Source: an uncultured Holophagales bacterium
Lineage (GTDB): Bacteria > Acidobacteriota > Thermoanaerobaculia > Multivoradales > UBA5704
Length of the DNA: 64,000 bases
Direction: 5' to 3'
Assembly (NCBI GenBank): GCA_963842525.1
Contig: CAWJGT010000009.1
Coordinates: 1,856,001-1,920,000, forward strand
Below the pieces are notes generated by a model that saw only the letters and a program-made list of their open reading frames with translations, was not told where the DNA came from and ran no database searches. This document shows, piece by piece, positions 39,423 through 49,373 of the stretch (the first letter of the stretch is position 1; the number at the start of each line of letters is the position of its first letter). The position numbers and the translations under genes are program-made.

Positions 39423-41225
39423 TTACTCGATCACAGTGACGAAGGCGGGCGCCGCCGCGTTATAGGTCGTACCCAGCAGGAGGCTGCGCTGCCCCGTGGG
39501 CGCATCGGACGCGACTTCGAGGTCGAGGACGAAAATGTTGTACGTGCCGCCGTTGGTGTTGCCCGGCACGTGATAGCGCTCGTTCTCCAGGAACTGCCGC
39601 ACTTTGACCTGGATGCCGCCGCCGGGAAAGGTGATGGCCGTATCGGAGCTCGTCCCGGTGGTCACCAACGCCATGTTTTTCAGGCTCTGTCCCCGCTTGA
39701 TCACGGGCGCCGCCATGCTGCTGTCGCCGCTGATGTTTGCGGCCAGGTACGCCCGCATCACATCGAAGGCGATGAGCTGGGCTGGCGCCGGCCGGTTCGG
39801 GGCCGGGTCCTCGGCAGTGGGGCAGCCAAGCGGCGTCTGCGGCGACGGCACGTTGCACGGCGGGATGAGCGTGCCATAGAGCCCGACCTGGAACGTCTGG
39901 GCGATCTGCGAGCCCCATTGCAGCGGCCTGCCGTTGATCCGGATGCGGCTGAGGTCCAGGTCCTTGCGGCCGTCCGGCGCACGGAAGACCGCGTGCAGCC
40001 CCATGCCGGGTACGCCCCTCTCGAGGTGCCAGAACTGCTGTGCCGTGAGTCCCGCGCGGAGCCACTCGGCCGGCAGCTCGACGTTCTCGAAGTCGGGCTC
40101 CTGGATGTAGAGGCCCACCGGGTTGGCGATCGAGATCTGCATGTTGAGAGCGCCGACCGCCTCGTTGATCGTGTAGCCGATGTGGGGATCGCTGTGGCGG
40201 AACGACTGGCCGTAGGGAGTGCAGCAGATCACGTCCTGGGGATTCGCGTTCTCCGTGCGCTGGATCGTCGCCGCGGCCCCGAGTCCGATCTCCGCCGGCA
40301 GGCTGTTGGGCGGGCTGGTCAGATGGACCGCGCCGCCCGAGTCTGGCAGCAGCCGCGTCGAATTGTTCCATTTGTTGAGCGGGTTGTAAGCGATCTGGCC
40401 GATGGTCGGATCGTGGACCGGTTTGCCTGCGGTATCGAGGAGGTAGAGGTCCTCCATCGTCACCTTCGGGCTGACGAGCGTCTTGTATAGCTCCAGGACT
40501 TTTCCCGGGCTCACCGTCCAGAGCGCGAACCAGTATTCGGCGTTCTCGCAGGTGAACATCACGCGCACGATCTTGCCGCCCGCGTCCCGTTCGACCGCCC
40601 ATTCGCAGTACTCGTCCATCCAGCCCCGCGCGCCCGCCGGCCCATAGGGCATCGTGGGTTGCGGCGTCGAGCTGATGTAGGGGCAGACGTTCTGGGGGAT
40701 CGGCGGGAGAAAGGTTTTTGCGGCGTCGGGGATCGGCGACGGCAGCGTGCCCGGGTCGAAGACGAAGCCGTTGTCCGCGAACGCGAAGAGCTGGTCCTGT
40801 GTGAAGTAATACTGCGGCGGCCCGAGATAGGTGGTGATCCGGTTGGGAAAGGCGATCCACTCCACCAACCTGGTGATCGACTGCGGCGGAGGAGGGATGG
40901 GCGTCGTCAGCGGGTTGTAGTAATAGCTTCGTGGCGAGTCGAGGTTGGAGGTCCAGGGGTTGCCGGTGATGGCCTGCTCGGTCCACCCATTGACGTTCAG
41001 GTTCCAGCGCCAATGGAGCGCATCGCGCTGCGGGCCGGGAGGGAAGTCCTCCCAATTCGCCGGCGTGTTGAAGGCCGCGAGCGTCTTGCCCGGACACTTC
41101 GTGCCTTGTGAGGCCGCCTGGGCGGCGGCGAAGGCGATGCGCGGCAACGCCCCTCCTGCGCCGGCCGCCAGCGCCGCTCCGCCCGCCAGCCGTAGCAGGC
41201 TGCGGCGCGTCAAGTGATTCGACAT
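39423..41225 (-). CDS. Tat-exported uncharacterised protein
   Basis: LTRRSLL Tat signal; DEYCEW, FTCENAEYW, YNPLNKWN, SDPHIG. Confidence 0.78.
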   Translation of the reverse strand: MSNHLTRRSLLRLAGGAALAAGAGGALPRIAFAAAQAASQGTKCPGKTLAAFNTPANWEDFPPGPQRDALHWRWNLNVNGWTEQAITGNPWTSNLDSPRSYYYNPLTTPIPPPPQSITRLVEWIAFPNRITTYLGPPQYYFTQDQLFAFADNGFVFDPGTLPSPIPDAAKTFLPPIPQNVCPYISSTPQPTMPYGPAGARGWMDEYCEWAVERDAGGKIVRVMFTCENAEYWFALWTVSPGKVLELYKTLVSPKVTMEDLYLLDTAGKPVHDPTIGQIAYNPLNKWNNSTRLLPDSGGAVHLTSPPNSLPAEIGLGAAATIQRTENANPQDVICCTPYGQSFRHSDPHIGYTINEAVGALNMQISIANPVGLYIQEPDFENVELPAEWLRAGLTAQQFWHLERGVPGMGLHAVFRAPDGRKDLDLSRIRINGRPLQWGSQIAQTFQVGLYGTLIPPCNVPSPQTPLGCPTAEDPAPNRPAPAQLIAFDVMRAYLAANISGDSSMAAPVIKRGQSLKNMALVTTGTSSDTAITFPGGGIQVKVRQFLENERYHVPGNTNGGTYNIFVLDLEVASDAPTGQRSLLLGTTYNAAAPAFVTVIE

Positions 41226-41527
41226 GACGAGGTCTCCTTTTCAGTCCCTCACAGTAGAGCCTGCCGACAGGGCATCTCCAAAGACCGTGCCCGCGCCGGC
41301 GAGCCGGGGAAGAATCGCTGAAAGCCTTGCGGTCTCAGAGTTTACGAGGAATCGAGCCGGGCCGAGGCTGGAGTGTCTGAGCCGTGTCATCCGTGTCCCG
41401 ACGTGTCGGTGTCATGTCGGGGCCGTCGTTGGGCAGGCCGCGGAGATGGGTCGGATGGTATCATCTGGATGTACGAGTTGCGCCGCAGCGCGTCCCTGTG
41501 ATCTGATTCGAGACCATCGGGGAGAGG

Positions 41528-42241
41528 ATGGCACGCATGACCGCATTTCCCCTCGAGCAACCGATCCACTATCCGGAATCCGACGGCCAGCCCATGGCGG
41601 AAAGCGACCTCCATCGCGACGAGATGGTGTATTTCATCGACGCGCTGAAGGACCATTTTGGCGACGATCCCCTCGTCTACATAGCCGGCAACCTGTTCCT
41701 CTACTACGAGAAGGGGAGGCCCAGGTCGGTGGTGGCTCCGGATGTCTTCGTCGTGCGAGGGGTCCCGAAAAGACAGCGCAGGGTCTACAAGCTATGGGAG
41801 GAGGGCGTGCCTCCGTGCCTGGTCGTGGAGGTGACCTCCGAAAGCACCCGCAACGAGGATCTCGGGACCAAGAGGGATCGCTATGAGCAGCTCGGGGTGG
41901 AGGAGTACTTCCTGTACGACCCCACGGCAGACTACCTCCCGACCCGGCTCGAAGGTCTGCGTCTCGTCAAAGGCCGGTACCGGGAGCTGCCCCACGAGCC
42001 GGACGGATCGCTCCTCAGCCGGACGACCGGCGTACGGCTCGTCCTCGAAGAGCCGCTCGTCCGGCTCGTGGACGCTGTGACTGGAAAACGCCTCCTCAGG
42101 TCCGAAGAGAAAAACGCCGCAATCCAGGCAGCAGAGGCCCGCGCCCGGTCTGCGGAAGCCCGCGCGGAGGAGGAGACGGCGGCCCGCCGCGTCCTGGAAC
42201 AGGAGCTAGAGCGCCTCCGGCGCCAGCTCCGCAGGGTGTAG
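41528..42241 (+). CDS. Uma2 family endonuclease
   Basis: YPESDGQPMAES, APDVFVV, VVEVTSEST, YEQLGVEEYFLYDP; coiled-coil tail. Confidence 0.92.
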   Translation: MARMTAFPLEQPIHYPESDGQPMAESDLHRDEMVYFIDALKDHFGDDPLVYIAGNLFLYYEKGRPRSVVAPDVFVVRGVPKRQRRVYKLWEEGVPPCLVVEVTSESTRNEDLGTKRDRYEQLGVEEYFLYDPTADYLPTRLEGLRLVKGRYRELPHEPDGSLLSRTTGVRLVLEEPLVRLVDAVTGKRLLRSEEKNAAIQAAEARARSAEARAEEETAARRVLEQELERLRRQLRRV

Positions 42242-42255
42242 AAAGCGAAAACACC

Positions 42256-42780
42256 TCAGGTCTCCGAGCCGGGCTTCGGCTGCCGGATATAGAGGGATTC
42301 GTGGAAGGCTGTTCCCTTGCGGACCTGCCGGATCTTCCCGGCGAGGGAGAGCCGGCTGAGGTTCACGCCCACCGAGCGGACGTCCACCCGGCGCTTGAGC
42401 GCTTTGCCGAAGCGCCGTTCCACCTCGCGGGCGATGACGGTGCCCGTAAAGGCCTCTCCCGGCGGGCGTTCCTCCACCACCCGGGCGACAAGGCGGCTGA
42501 GCATCGGCCGACCCGGGCCGAAATCCTCCTCCTGCCGGACCGGCGCCGTCTCCGGCTTGCGGAGAGCGGGAACGCGTCCCACGACCTCGCCGGCCGCGTC
42601 GACGGCCCCCTTGAACGCCTCGTAACGCTCCAGGACATTGGCGAGCCCCTGTGCCGCAACGGCCCGTTGCTCGCGGTGGAAGGCCTCCCGCTCTGCATGG
42701 AGGGCTTCTTCCTTCCGATAGTGCTCGATCTGCGCCTCGAGCTCGGCGATCCACTCTGCGACTGACTGGCTGCGGCTCAT
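42256..42780 (-). CDS. Coiled-coil + putative winged-helix protein
   Basis: GGAGGAG RBS; N-terminal heptads; C-terminal FTGTVIAREV..SVGVNLSRLSLAGKIRQVRKG. Confidence 0.7.
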   Translation of the reverse strand: MSRSQSVAEWIAELEAQIEHYRKEEALHAEREAFHREQRAVAAQGLANVLERYEAFKGAVDAAGEVVGRVPALRKPETAPVRQEEDFGPGRPMLSRLVARVVEERPPGEAFTGTVIAREVERRFGKALKRRVDVRSVGVNLSRLSLAGKIRQVRKGTAFHESLYIRQPKPGSET

Positions 42781-42797
42781 ATCTCCTCCCTGAAAAT

Positions 42798-43428
42798 TGT
42801 CGTAACGTCGCCGTGCTCGCACCCCGGGGCAACCCACAGTGTCGCAGCGGGCAGAAACCACGTCGCCGCGAAGCTCACTCTGTCGCAGGAAACCCTACGC
42901 TGCGACAGTGTCCCTTTGGACGGAAAGCCGGCTTGCAGCCGTCCGCGAGCCGTGCTCCGACTCTGTCGCGCCGTCAGCCATTGAACACCCATATCGCGAG
43001 AAGGGTGCGACATTGCCCTGAAGCGACGCGACAATGCTACCATGCGGCCTGACAGAGTACCAAGACGGTGCAACAGAGGCTGCCCAGACGCGACAAGGCG
43101 AGGATGCTCTGCAGCATGTCTCAACAACTTGGTTGCATTGTTCGAGGACTCTGCGACGAAGCATCGAGGCGATGCGACAATGAGACTAGGCGCTGAAGCA
43201 GAAGCCAGAGCCCCCACGATAGAGAGTCGACACTCTGCGACAGCGCCCGCAATCTCCCGCCTTCGCGAAGAGACGTTGCGACGGCGCACGTTCGCTCTGT
43301 CGCAGAGGAAGGTGACGCTGCGACAGTGTATGCGTGCAATGCGACAGAGTGAGGTGACGCTGCAACAGTGCCCCTAGATCTGCAACGCGTCACCGAGGCG
43401 ACGCGACAAGAAGAGCAGCGCTGCGACA
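42798..43428. repeat. Periodic array: TGCGACA/TGTCGCA cores on a ~21-bp register (about 30 periods)
   Basis: Cores at e.g. 42840, 42881, 42901, 42964, 43006, 43027, 43069, 43173, 43236, 43298, 43319, 43340, 43361, 43422. Confidence 0.8.
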
Positions 43429-43431
43429 GGC

Positions 43432-43636
43432 GGGAGCGCCGGTGTACCGCCCGGGAGCGGCCGGCATCTCAAAGCAGCCTGTCTTCGTCACGGGGGCCGA
43501 GCATCGCCCCCTGGGAGCGCCGGCGTCTCGCCGGCCCACACTCCCCGCGGACCGCGGTGGCCGACCACCTCAATCCCACAGGCCGGGCCTTCGGTCCACT
43601 GTCTTGATGATGCCGGCGAGACGCCGGCGCTCCCAG
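43432..43636. repeat. REP-like cluster GGGAGCGCCGGCRTCYYGCCGGC (also an inverted pair at 60437-60522)
   Basis: Copies at 43513-43535 (+) and 43612-43634 (-); degenerate copies at 43432-43465. Confidence 0.75.
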
Positions 43637-44141
43637 GAGCGCAACTTCCGCGTCCGTTGCCGCGAATCGAGGCGGAGTGCCGCCTCGAGCCTGGGCACGT
43701 CGGGAGTGCATATCGCGACGTAGAACACACCGTAGATCCTCCGCCCAGATGCTCCCATCGCACAGAAAGAAATAGAGATAAACTCCCTCTTGTGTGAGGG
43801 CGTTCGGAACCTTATCTGATCGCCAGAGACGTCTAAGCGCGATCCGGGATGCCTTATCGTCCTTCGCAGGTCGCGTTGACTCCTGCCGGAGGGAAGGGGT
43901 ATGCTCTCTAAGTTGAGGAACAAGAACACGTTGCAGGCAACACGAGAGGAACGGTACTCCGTCTTATACGGTGCGTAGAAGCCCCTAGACAGGATCGCTG
44001 AGTAAGGCGTTGAACTAAACCGCTACGCGGCGGTGCCCTCCGAGCCGAATTTCGCTTTTTTTAGCCGATTTCTTCTCCAAGACGACAAACGTTTCTGATC
44101 GGTCTACCTTTCGGGCTGTACTTTCCCGAAAGGAGGACCCC

Positions 44142-44996
44142 ATGACAGAGATGCGTCGACGGATGGAAGAGGAGTTGAAGCTGCGGGGCTACAGCCCGCG
44201 CACACATGAGGCGTACATCCACTGGGTACGCCAGTTTGCCGCGCACTATCGTCGGCCGCCCGAGCAGATGGGAGCTGAAGAGGTTCGCGCCTACCTGGTC
44301 GATCTTCTCGAAAATCGTAAGCTGGCGCGGTCGTCGTTGGTTCAGGCCTTGTGCGCTTTGAAGTTTTTCTACAGCCAGGTGCTGCATCGGCCCTGCGAGG
44401 TGGAGAATCTACGCTTTCCCCGGCAAAAGAGGAAGTTGCCAACGGTTTTGAGCGAGCCGGAGGTGAGGCGGTTGTTGGAGGCGGCCGAGGACCTGCGGGA
44501 GCAGGCGATCCTGATGACGCTGTATTCGGCGGGCCTGCGCCTGGGCGAATTGCTGCACCTGCAGGTTAAAGACATCGACAGCACGAAGATGCAGATTCGA
44601 GTTCGTCAGGGCAAGGGTTCCAAGGATCGCAACGTCGTGCTGTCGCGGACTCTGCTGGAAGTACTGCGACGCTACTTCCTGCAGTACAGGCCCGAGGTTT
44701 GGCTGTTTTATGGCGAGACGCCGCAGCGGCCACTCAATGAACGGACTGTCCAGCGGATGGTGCGTCGGCTCAGTGAAAAAGCTGGCCTGCGCCAGGGAGT
44801 CAGCACCCACACGCTGAGGCATAGCTTCGCCACCCATCTTTTGGAGCGTGGCACGGAGGTACCGTATATCCAGGAGCTTCTCGGGCATCGCAGCGTGCGC
44901 ACCACGATGCTGTATACGCGGGTCAGTCCGCGAGCGCTGAGCAAGGTGATCAGTCCCTTGGACCGGCTGGACTGGAGACCTCGCGAGTTGACATAG
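44142..44996 (+). CDS. Tyrosine recombinase/integrase (not IntI)
   Basis: GLRLGE, GKGSKDR, HTLRHSFATH, LGH..TTMLY; no IntI-specific insertion. Confidence 0.93.
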   Translation: MTEMRRRMEEELKLRGYSPRTHEAYIHWVRQFAAHYRRPPEQMGAEEVRAYLVDLLENRKLARSSLVQALCALKFFYSQVLHRPCEVENLRFPRQKRKLPTVLSEPEVRRLLEAAEDLREQAILMTLYSAGLRLGELLHLQVKDIDSTKMQIRVRQGKGSKDRNVVLSRTLLEVLRRYFLQYRPEVWLFYGETPQRPLNERTVQRMVRRLSEKAGLRQGVSTHTLRHSFATHLLERGTEVPYIQELLGHRSVRTTMLYTRVSPRALSKVISPLDRLDWRPRELT

Positions 44997-45005
44997 GACG
45001 GTGCC

Positions 45006-46202
45006 GTGTCGGGCACCTCCCGCTTGGAGGTGGCCCACATCTTCCGTCTCTATGGTGAGGAGTATCGGCAAGGACACCGACTCTCCCGGCCGCAGTTGCG
45101 GGCCATGCGGGCCATCGAGATCTGCCGCACCGCCTCTCTGGGCGGGCATGTGGACGAGTGTGACCAGTGCGGTGTACGCACAATCAGCTACAACTCCTGT
45201 CGCAACCGACACTGCCCGAAATGCCAGGGCCTGGACAGGGATCTCTGGTTGGAGCAGCGCTGTGGCGAGTTGCTGCCGGTGCCGTACTTCCATGTCGTAT
45301 TCACAGTTCCAGAAGAGCTCAACCCCCTGGCGCTTGCCAACCCCAAGTGGTTTTACGACCTGCTCTTCGACTGTGCCGCCAAGGCGCTGCTGGAGATCGC
45401 TGCCGATGCCAAGCACCTCGGAGCGCGCATCGGGGTGCTGGCAGTGCTGCACACCTGGAGCCAGACGCTGCTGCTGCATCCGCATCTGCATTGCATCGTA
45501 CCGGGAGGAGGCCTGTCGCCGGACGGGCAGAGGTGGATCGCCAGCCGGCCCAACTACTTCCTGCCGGTCCAGGTGTTGTCGCGGCTGTTCCGCGGCAAGT
45601 TTCTGGCCCAGGTCAAGGCGGCCTGGAAGTCCGGCCAGTTGCGCCTACCAGAGACTCTGCGCGATCCGTTCACCTTCCAGAACCTGCTCGACCGGCTCTA
45701 CCGCAAGACCTGGGTGGTTTACAGCAAACCCCCCTTCGCAGGCCCGGAGCAGGTGCTGGCCTATCTGGCCCGCTACACTCACCGGGTGGCGATCTCCAAT
45801 CATCGCCTCCTCCGTCTGAAAGATGACCAAGTCACCTTCACCTACAAGGACTATACCCAGGGCGGCCGGGTGCGAGAAATGACGCTGCCGGTGGATGAGT
45901 TCATCCGCCGCTTCCTGCTGCACGTGCTTCCTGAGCGCTTCGTGCGCATCCGCTACTACGGCCTGTTGTCCAACCGCCAACGTGCGGGCAACCTGGCCCG
46001 GTGCCGCGAGTTGCTCGGTGCCCCTCCGTCGGAGCTGTCAGTTGCCGAGCCACCGGCCGGCGAGGGCTGGCAAGCCAGGCTGGTCCGGCTGACAGGCAAG
46101 GATCCGACCCTTTGTCCACAGTGCGGGCGGGGCCACCTGCGGCGGGTCGAGGAATTGCCTCCCGCTTGCTCGGCGGCCCGGCCTGGGAGGTCGCCGCCGT
46201 GA
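45006..46202 (+). CDS. IS91 family (Y2 HUH) transposase
   Basis: Zn domain YNSCRNRHCPKC; HPHLHC HUH motif; YLARY; IRYYG. Confidence 0.93.
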   Translation: MSGTSRLEVAHIFRLYGEEYRQGHRLSRPQLRAMRAIEICRTASLGGHVDECDQCGVRTISYNSCRNRHCPKCQGLDRDLWLEQRCGELLPVPYFHVVFTVPEELNPLALANPKWFYDLLFDCAAKALLEIAADAKHLGARIGVLAVLHTWSQTLLLHPHLHCIVPGGGLSPDGQRWIASRPNYFLPVQVLSRLFRGKFLAQVKAAWKSGQLRLPETLRDPFTFQNLLDRLYRKTWVVYSKPPFAGPEQVLAYLARYTHRVAISNHRLLRLKDDQVTFTYKDYTQGGRVREMTLPVDEFIRRFLLHVLPERFVRIRYYGLLSNRQRAGNLARCRELLGAPPSELSVAEPPAGEGWQARLVRLTGKDPTLCPQCGRGHLRRVEELPPACSAARPGRSPP

Positions 46203-46465
46203 GACCTGCGCAGGTCCCTGTGGCGTTGCGACTCTCCCAGAGAGTATTGGAGGAGGTGTATCCTCCCGCGATTCTGCGGTACAATGGTGCAAACGAAATC
46301 GCTGTGGGAGGAGCCCTTGGCCGGCCACCAACTCCAGGACGAGGCATTCCGGTACCGCCAGCATCGCATCGCGGGGCTTTCCCGGAGGTGTGGGCGGTCG
46401 AGGCGCGGCTTTCGCCTGCGAATTGATTTGCCATAGCCCGGCAGGTCGGACTCCCCCGCGGTTTC

Positions 46466-46562
46466 GCTCAACCGGCGTCTATCCGCGGTCCTCCCCTGAG
46501 CAGGCGGTGGACTCCGGAGCTGTGTTGTGGGAGGACCCCGGATAGACGCTTACACGTTGGCC
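46466..46562 (+). other. attC-like site 1
   Basis: GCTCAAC ... GTTGGCC with internal inverted repeat GCGTCTATCCG/CGGATAGACGC. Confidence 0.65.
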
Positions 46563-46623
46563 GGCACATGCGAGATCTTGGCTAAGCTGGTCACCTCCAC
46601 GAGAGGGCGCTGAGTACTAGGCC

Positions 46624-47223
46624 ATGGCTCAGTTAGCGTTTATAAGCCACAACAGCCGTGACACGGAAGTCGCCAGGGAGGTTGCTCTCTTCTTGACTAC
46701 CGAGGGCGTTAATGTGTGGTTCGACGAATGGAACATCGCTGCAGGAGACTCTATCGTTCGGGAGGTCAACTTCGCGCTGGAGCGCTGTACTCATTTCATC
46801 CTCATCTGGTCGACCAACGCCGCACGCTCACCCTGGGTCGGCCAAGAGGCCGAAGCTACAGTAAAGCGCGGCATAGAAGGCGGCGTACCTCGTATCATTC
46901 CGGTAGTACTTGATACGACTCCTTTGCCTCCTTTGGTTTCCGCTATCAGGTACATTCGCTTCGGGGGCGGAACAGAGCAGGACAGGCGAAACATAGTCAG
47001 GGCAGTAGTAGAGAGAGATCCTTCTTCAAACTACACACGCGCAGTCGTGAAGAAGTACAAGGAACTGGTCCGCGGCGTTGATGAGTCTGATCTGATTGCT
47101 TGCCCTGAGTGTGGAAGCCCCAGGGTAAAGATCCAGCAGATAGATGACTATGAGAGAGACCGGTCCGGTGCAGTTGCTACTTGTGAGGAGTGTGGTTGGG
47201 GTGACCTACTAGCGTATGGGTGA
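46624..47223 (+). CDS. TIR domain + C-terminal Zn-ribbon (cassette gene)
   Basis: AFISHNSRD, VWFDEW, SPWVGQE; CPEC...CEEC; lower GC than flanks. Confidence 0.88.
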   Translation: MAQLAFISHNSRDTEVAREVALFLTTEGVNVWFDEWNIAAGDSIVREVNFALERCTHFILIWSTNAARSPWVGQEAEATVKRGIEGGVPRIIPVVLDTTPLPPLVSAIRYIRFGGGTEQDRRNIVRAVVERDPSSNYTRAVVKKYKELVRGVDESDLIACPECGSPRVKIQQIDDYERDRSGAVATCEECGWGDLLAYG

Positions 47224-47246
47224 CTTACAATGCGGGTGCGTTGACC

Positions 47247-47316
47247 GCCCAACCCCGGCCTCAACCGGACGGCACCGCTTCGCGGCGCCGCGCGGTTAGG
47301 CCCAAAGGCGTTGGCC
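47247..47316 (+). other. attC site 2
   Basis: GCCCAAC ... GTTGGCC, 70 bp, with internal palindrome. Confidence 0.8.
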
Positions 47317-47371
47317 GGACGAACGGATGAGCCAATTGGAGAGCCAACTCCCATCGAGACGGCGGCAGCTA

Positions 47372-48325
47372 ATGGCAGACGTTTTCTTATCATATTCGAG
47401 GCAAGACCTGCCTCTCGTACGGAAACTGGTGATGGCTCTAGAGACAAGGGGCCTAGCGGTCTGGTGGGATCTGTCGATCCCGGCAGGAGCAGTTTGGGCC
47501 AGTGTTATCGAAGATGCCCTGGAATCGTCTCGGGTCATCGTAGTCTTGTGGTCAAGCCATTCGGTCAAGTCAGAATGGGTCCGCGCGGAGGCCGCGCGTG
47601 CAGCCGATCTCGGCAAGTTGATACCGGCTGTCCTTGAGGATGTGCAACTCCCGCTCGGATTCTCGCAATACCAATATGTTGACCTATCGACGTGGGATGG
47701 TTCGTCCAACGCTCCTCCCTTTTTAGCACTCATCCGCGGAATAGCTTCCTTCACGGAAAGGGACCACGCAGAGCGACCGCCGCAACCTGACTCACCGGGT
47801 GATCGAGTTCTCGTGGATACGGCTCGTCCATACAAGGCTCTCCATCGGGCCTCACGCATTAAGCTTTTCATCGCGCATGCGAGTGCCGACAAGCCCAAGC
47901 TACGGCCGACGGTGAAAGTGCTAATCGACCAAGGCTTCCAGCTGTGGGTTGACAAACCTCAGGAGATCGGCTTAGGAAGAGCCTATGAGAATCGATTGTC
48001 GCGAGATCGGATTCAATATGGGCACGACTGGAGAGAGTCTATTCGCGTCGCTGTCAAACGGGCCAGCGTGGTCCTCGCATTCTGGTCTGAAGATGCGGTC
48101 CGGGGGAGACGTGAGCAGTTTCACTATGAGGTGTACATGGGCATGATGCAAAACAAACTCAACCAGTGCCGGATAGATAAAGTTCCGCTCGACGAGATCG
48201 GTATGCCCTATACTTTCGACCAGATCGCGGATTTGGCTGAAATAGAGGAGGGAAAGTACTATCCCGAACTTGATTATCTGATGCAGGACATCGTAGCCCG
48301 GCACCGTTCGTGGTGGTTTGTGTAA
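47372..48325 (+). CDS. Tandem TIR-TIR protein (cassette gene)
   Basis: VFLSYSRQD..VWWD..SEWVRAE; second domain LFIAHASAD..LWVD..FHYE. Confidence 0.85.
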   Translation: MADVFLSYSRQDLPLVRKLVMALETRGLAVWWDLSIPAGAVWASVIEDALESSRVIVVLWSSHSVKSEWVRAEAARAADLGKLIPAVLEDVQLPLGFSQYQYVDLSTWDGSSNAPPFLALIRGIASFTERDHAERPPQPDSPGDRVLVDTARPYKALHRASRIKLFIAHASADKPKLRPTVKVLIDQGFQLWVDKPQEIGLGRAYENRLSRDRIQYGHDWRESIRVAVKRASVVLAFWSEDAVRGRREQFHYEVYMGMMQNKLNQCRIDKVPLDEIGMPYTFDQIADLAEIEEGKYYPELDYLMQDIVARHRSWWFV

Positions 48326-48376
48326 TGCAAAGGTCGCAAAACGAATGGGCATATCGAACAGTCGCGAAAGAGAAGC

Positions 48377-48457
48377 GGCCAACCAGAGCGGTCGAGCGGA
48401 CGGATACCGCGCAGAAAGCGCGCGCGGTCCCGCCGCTCACCGCCAGAGCCGTTCGGC
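48377..48457 (+). other. attC site 3
   Basis: GGCCAAC ... GTTCGGC; GGCCAAC is the exact complement of the GTTGGCC that opens this cassette. Confidence 0.8.
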
Positions 48458-48495
48458 GCTAGGTCAGCGCACGTTAGAGAGTGAGGTAAAATCGT

Positions 48496-48717
48496 ATGTC
48501 GGGAAGTCAAGAGGAAATGAGCCAGCCTCCTATACAAACTACAAAGATCTTCAGCTGCGGAGGCCCAGATCTGATTTTCAAGTTCGAAACTCATAGAGGC
48601 TTGATTGGAAGATATTCTCGACCTACCAAAGGGGCTGTCCGGTTAATGCTTCCCAGTGGGAGTGCAAAGCCGGCCCAGGTGCTCGGCGCTCTGCGTGAAG
48701 CCTGGAACAGGCAATAG
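48496..48717 (+). CDS. Small hypothetical cassette ORF
   Basis: GAGGT RBS just after attC; no recognisable motif. Confidence 0.3.
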   Translation: MSGSQEEMSQPPIQTTKIFSCGGPDLIFKFETHRGLIGRYSRPTKGAVRLMLPSGSAKPAQVLGALREAWNRQ

Positions 48718-48887
48718 CAGGGGAGTCACCCAATGCCAGATTTCATCTACTGTGGAATAGACCCACCGGTCGGTGCTGATGGCACGCAAGAACTACTACT
48801 GAGTCACTATAAGGCGATTTGGTATCCACCGCCGATTTTGGAGCAAAGCCGCCGATCATCGGCATTTCGTCTTGGAGGCACGACCGA

Positions 48888-49355
48888 ATGGAGGCGAAGG
48901 ACATTGCGGCCGCAGTTATTGCAGGACTTAGTGTCTTGGTCGCCGCGTTCACGCTGGCGAAGGGGCTTATCGAGTATCGAAAGCAAGGTGTGACGAAGCG
49001 CGTAGAGTTGTTCCTTCAACTGCGCACTCGACTGAGGCATGACCCGGTGTTCGTAAAGATCTGTGATTTGCTGGAGGTAGATTCCAAAGAGCTGCAAGAC
49101 ATTCCACTCGTGGAGCGAGACAGGTTCATTGGCTTCTTTGAGGAGCTCGCCCTCATACGCAACTCCGGCCTCATTAACGATCAGGTGTCGCTTTACATGT
49201 TTGGCTACTTCGCCATTCGGTGTTATCAGAGCAGCAACTTCTGGCATGGCTTAAATCGCAACCAACCGTTTTGGTCGCTGTTTATGGATTTTGCCCAACA
49301 GATGGAATCTGCACAAAGGACATTCCAATATGACCGTCGCGACTTCTACCTATAG
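48888..49355 (+). CDS. Hypothetical protein with N-terminal TM helix (cassette gene)
   Basis: GGAGG RBS; TM helix; low GC; followed by attC. Confidence 0.75.
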   Translation: MEAKDIAAAVIAGLSVLVAAFTLAKGLIEYRKQGVTKRVELFLQLRTRLRHDPVFVKICDLLEVDSKELQDIPLVERDRFIGFFEELALIRNSGLINDQVSLYMFGYFAIRCYQSSNFWHGLNRNQPFWSLFMDFAQQMESAQRTFQYDRRDFYL

Positions 49356-49373
49356 AGCGGAATCTGACAGGAC

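Larger units (their letters stand above)
44045..46562 (+). mobile_element. Tyrosine recombinase + IS91-family transposase element ending in an attC-like site
   Basis: Two-gene module typical of integrase-associated IS91-like elements; the left boundary is approximate. Confidence 0.75.

Noticed and set aside
44142-44996. Integron integrase IntI
   Set aside because: 284 aa, lacks the IntI-specific insertion, is co-oriented with the cassettes and is paired with an IS91 transposase.
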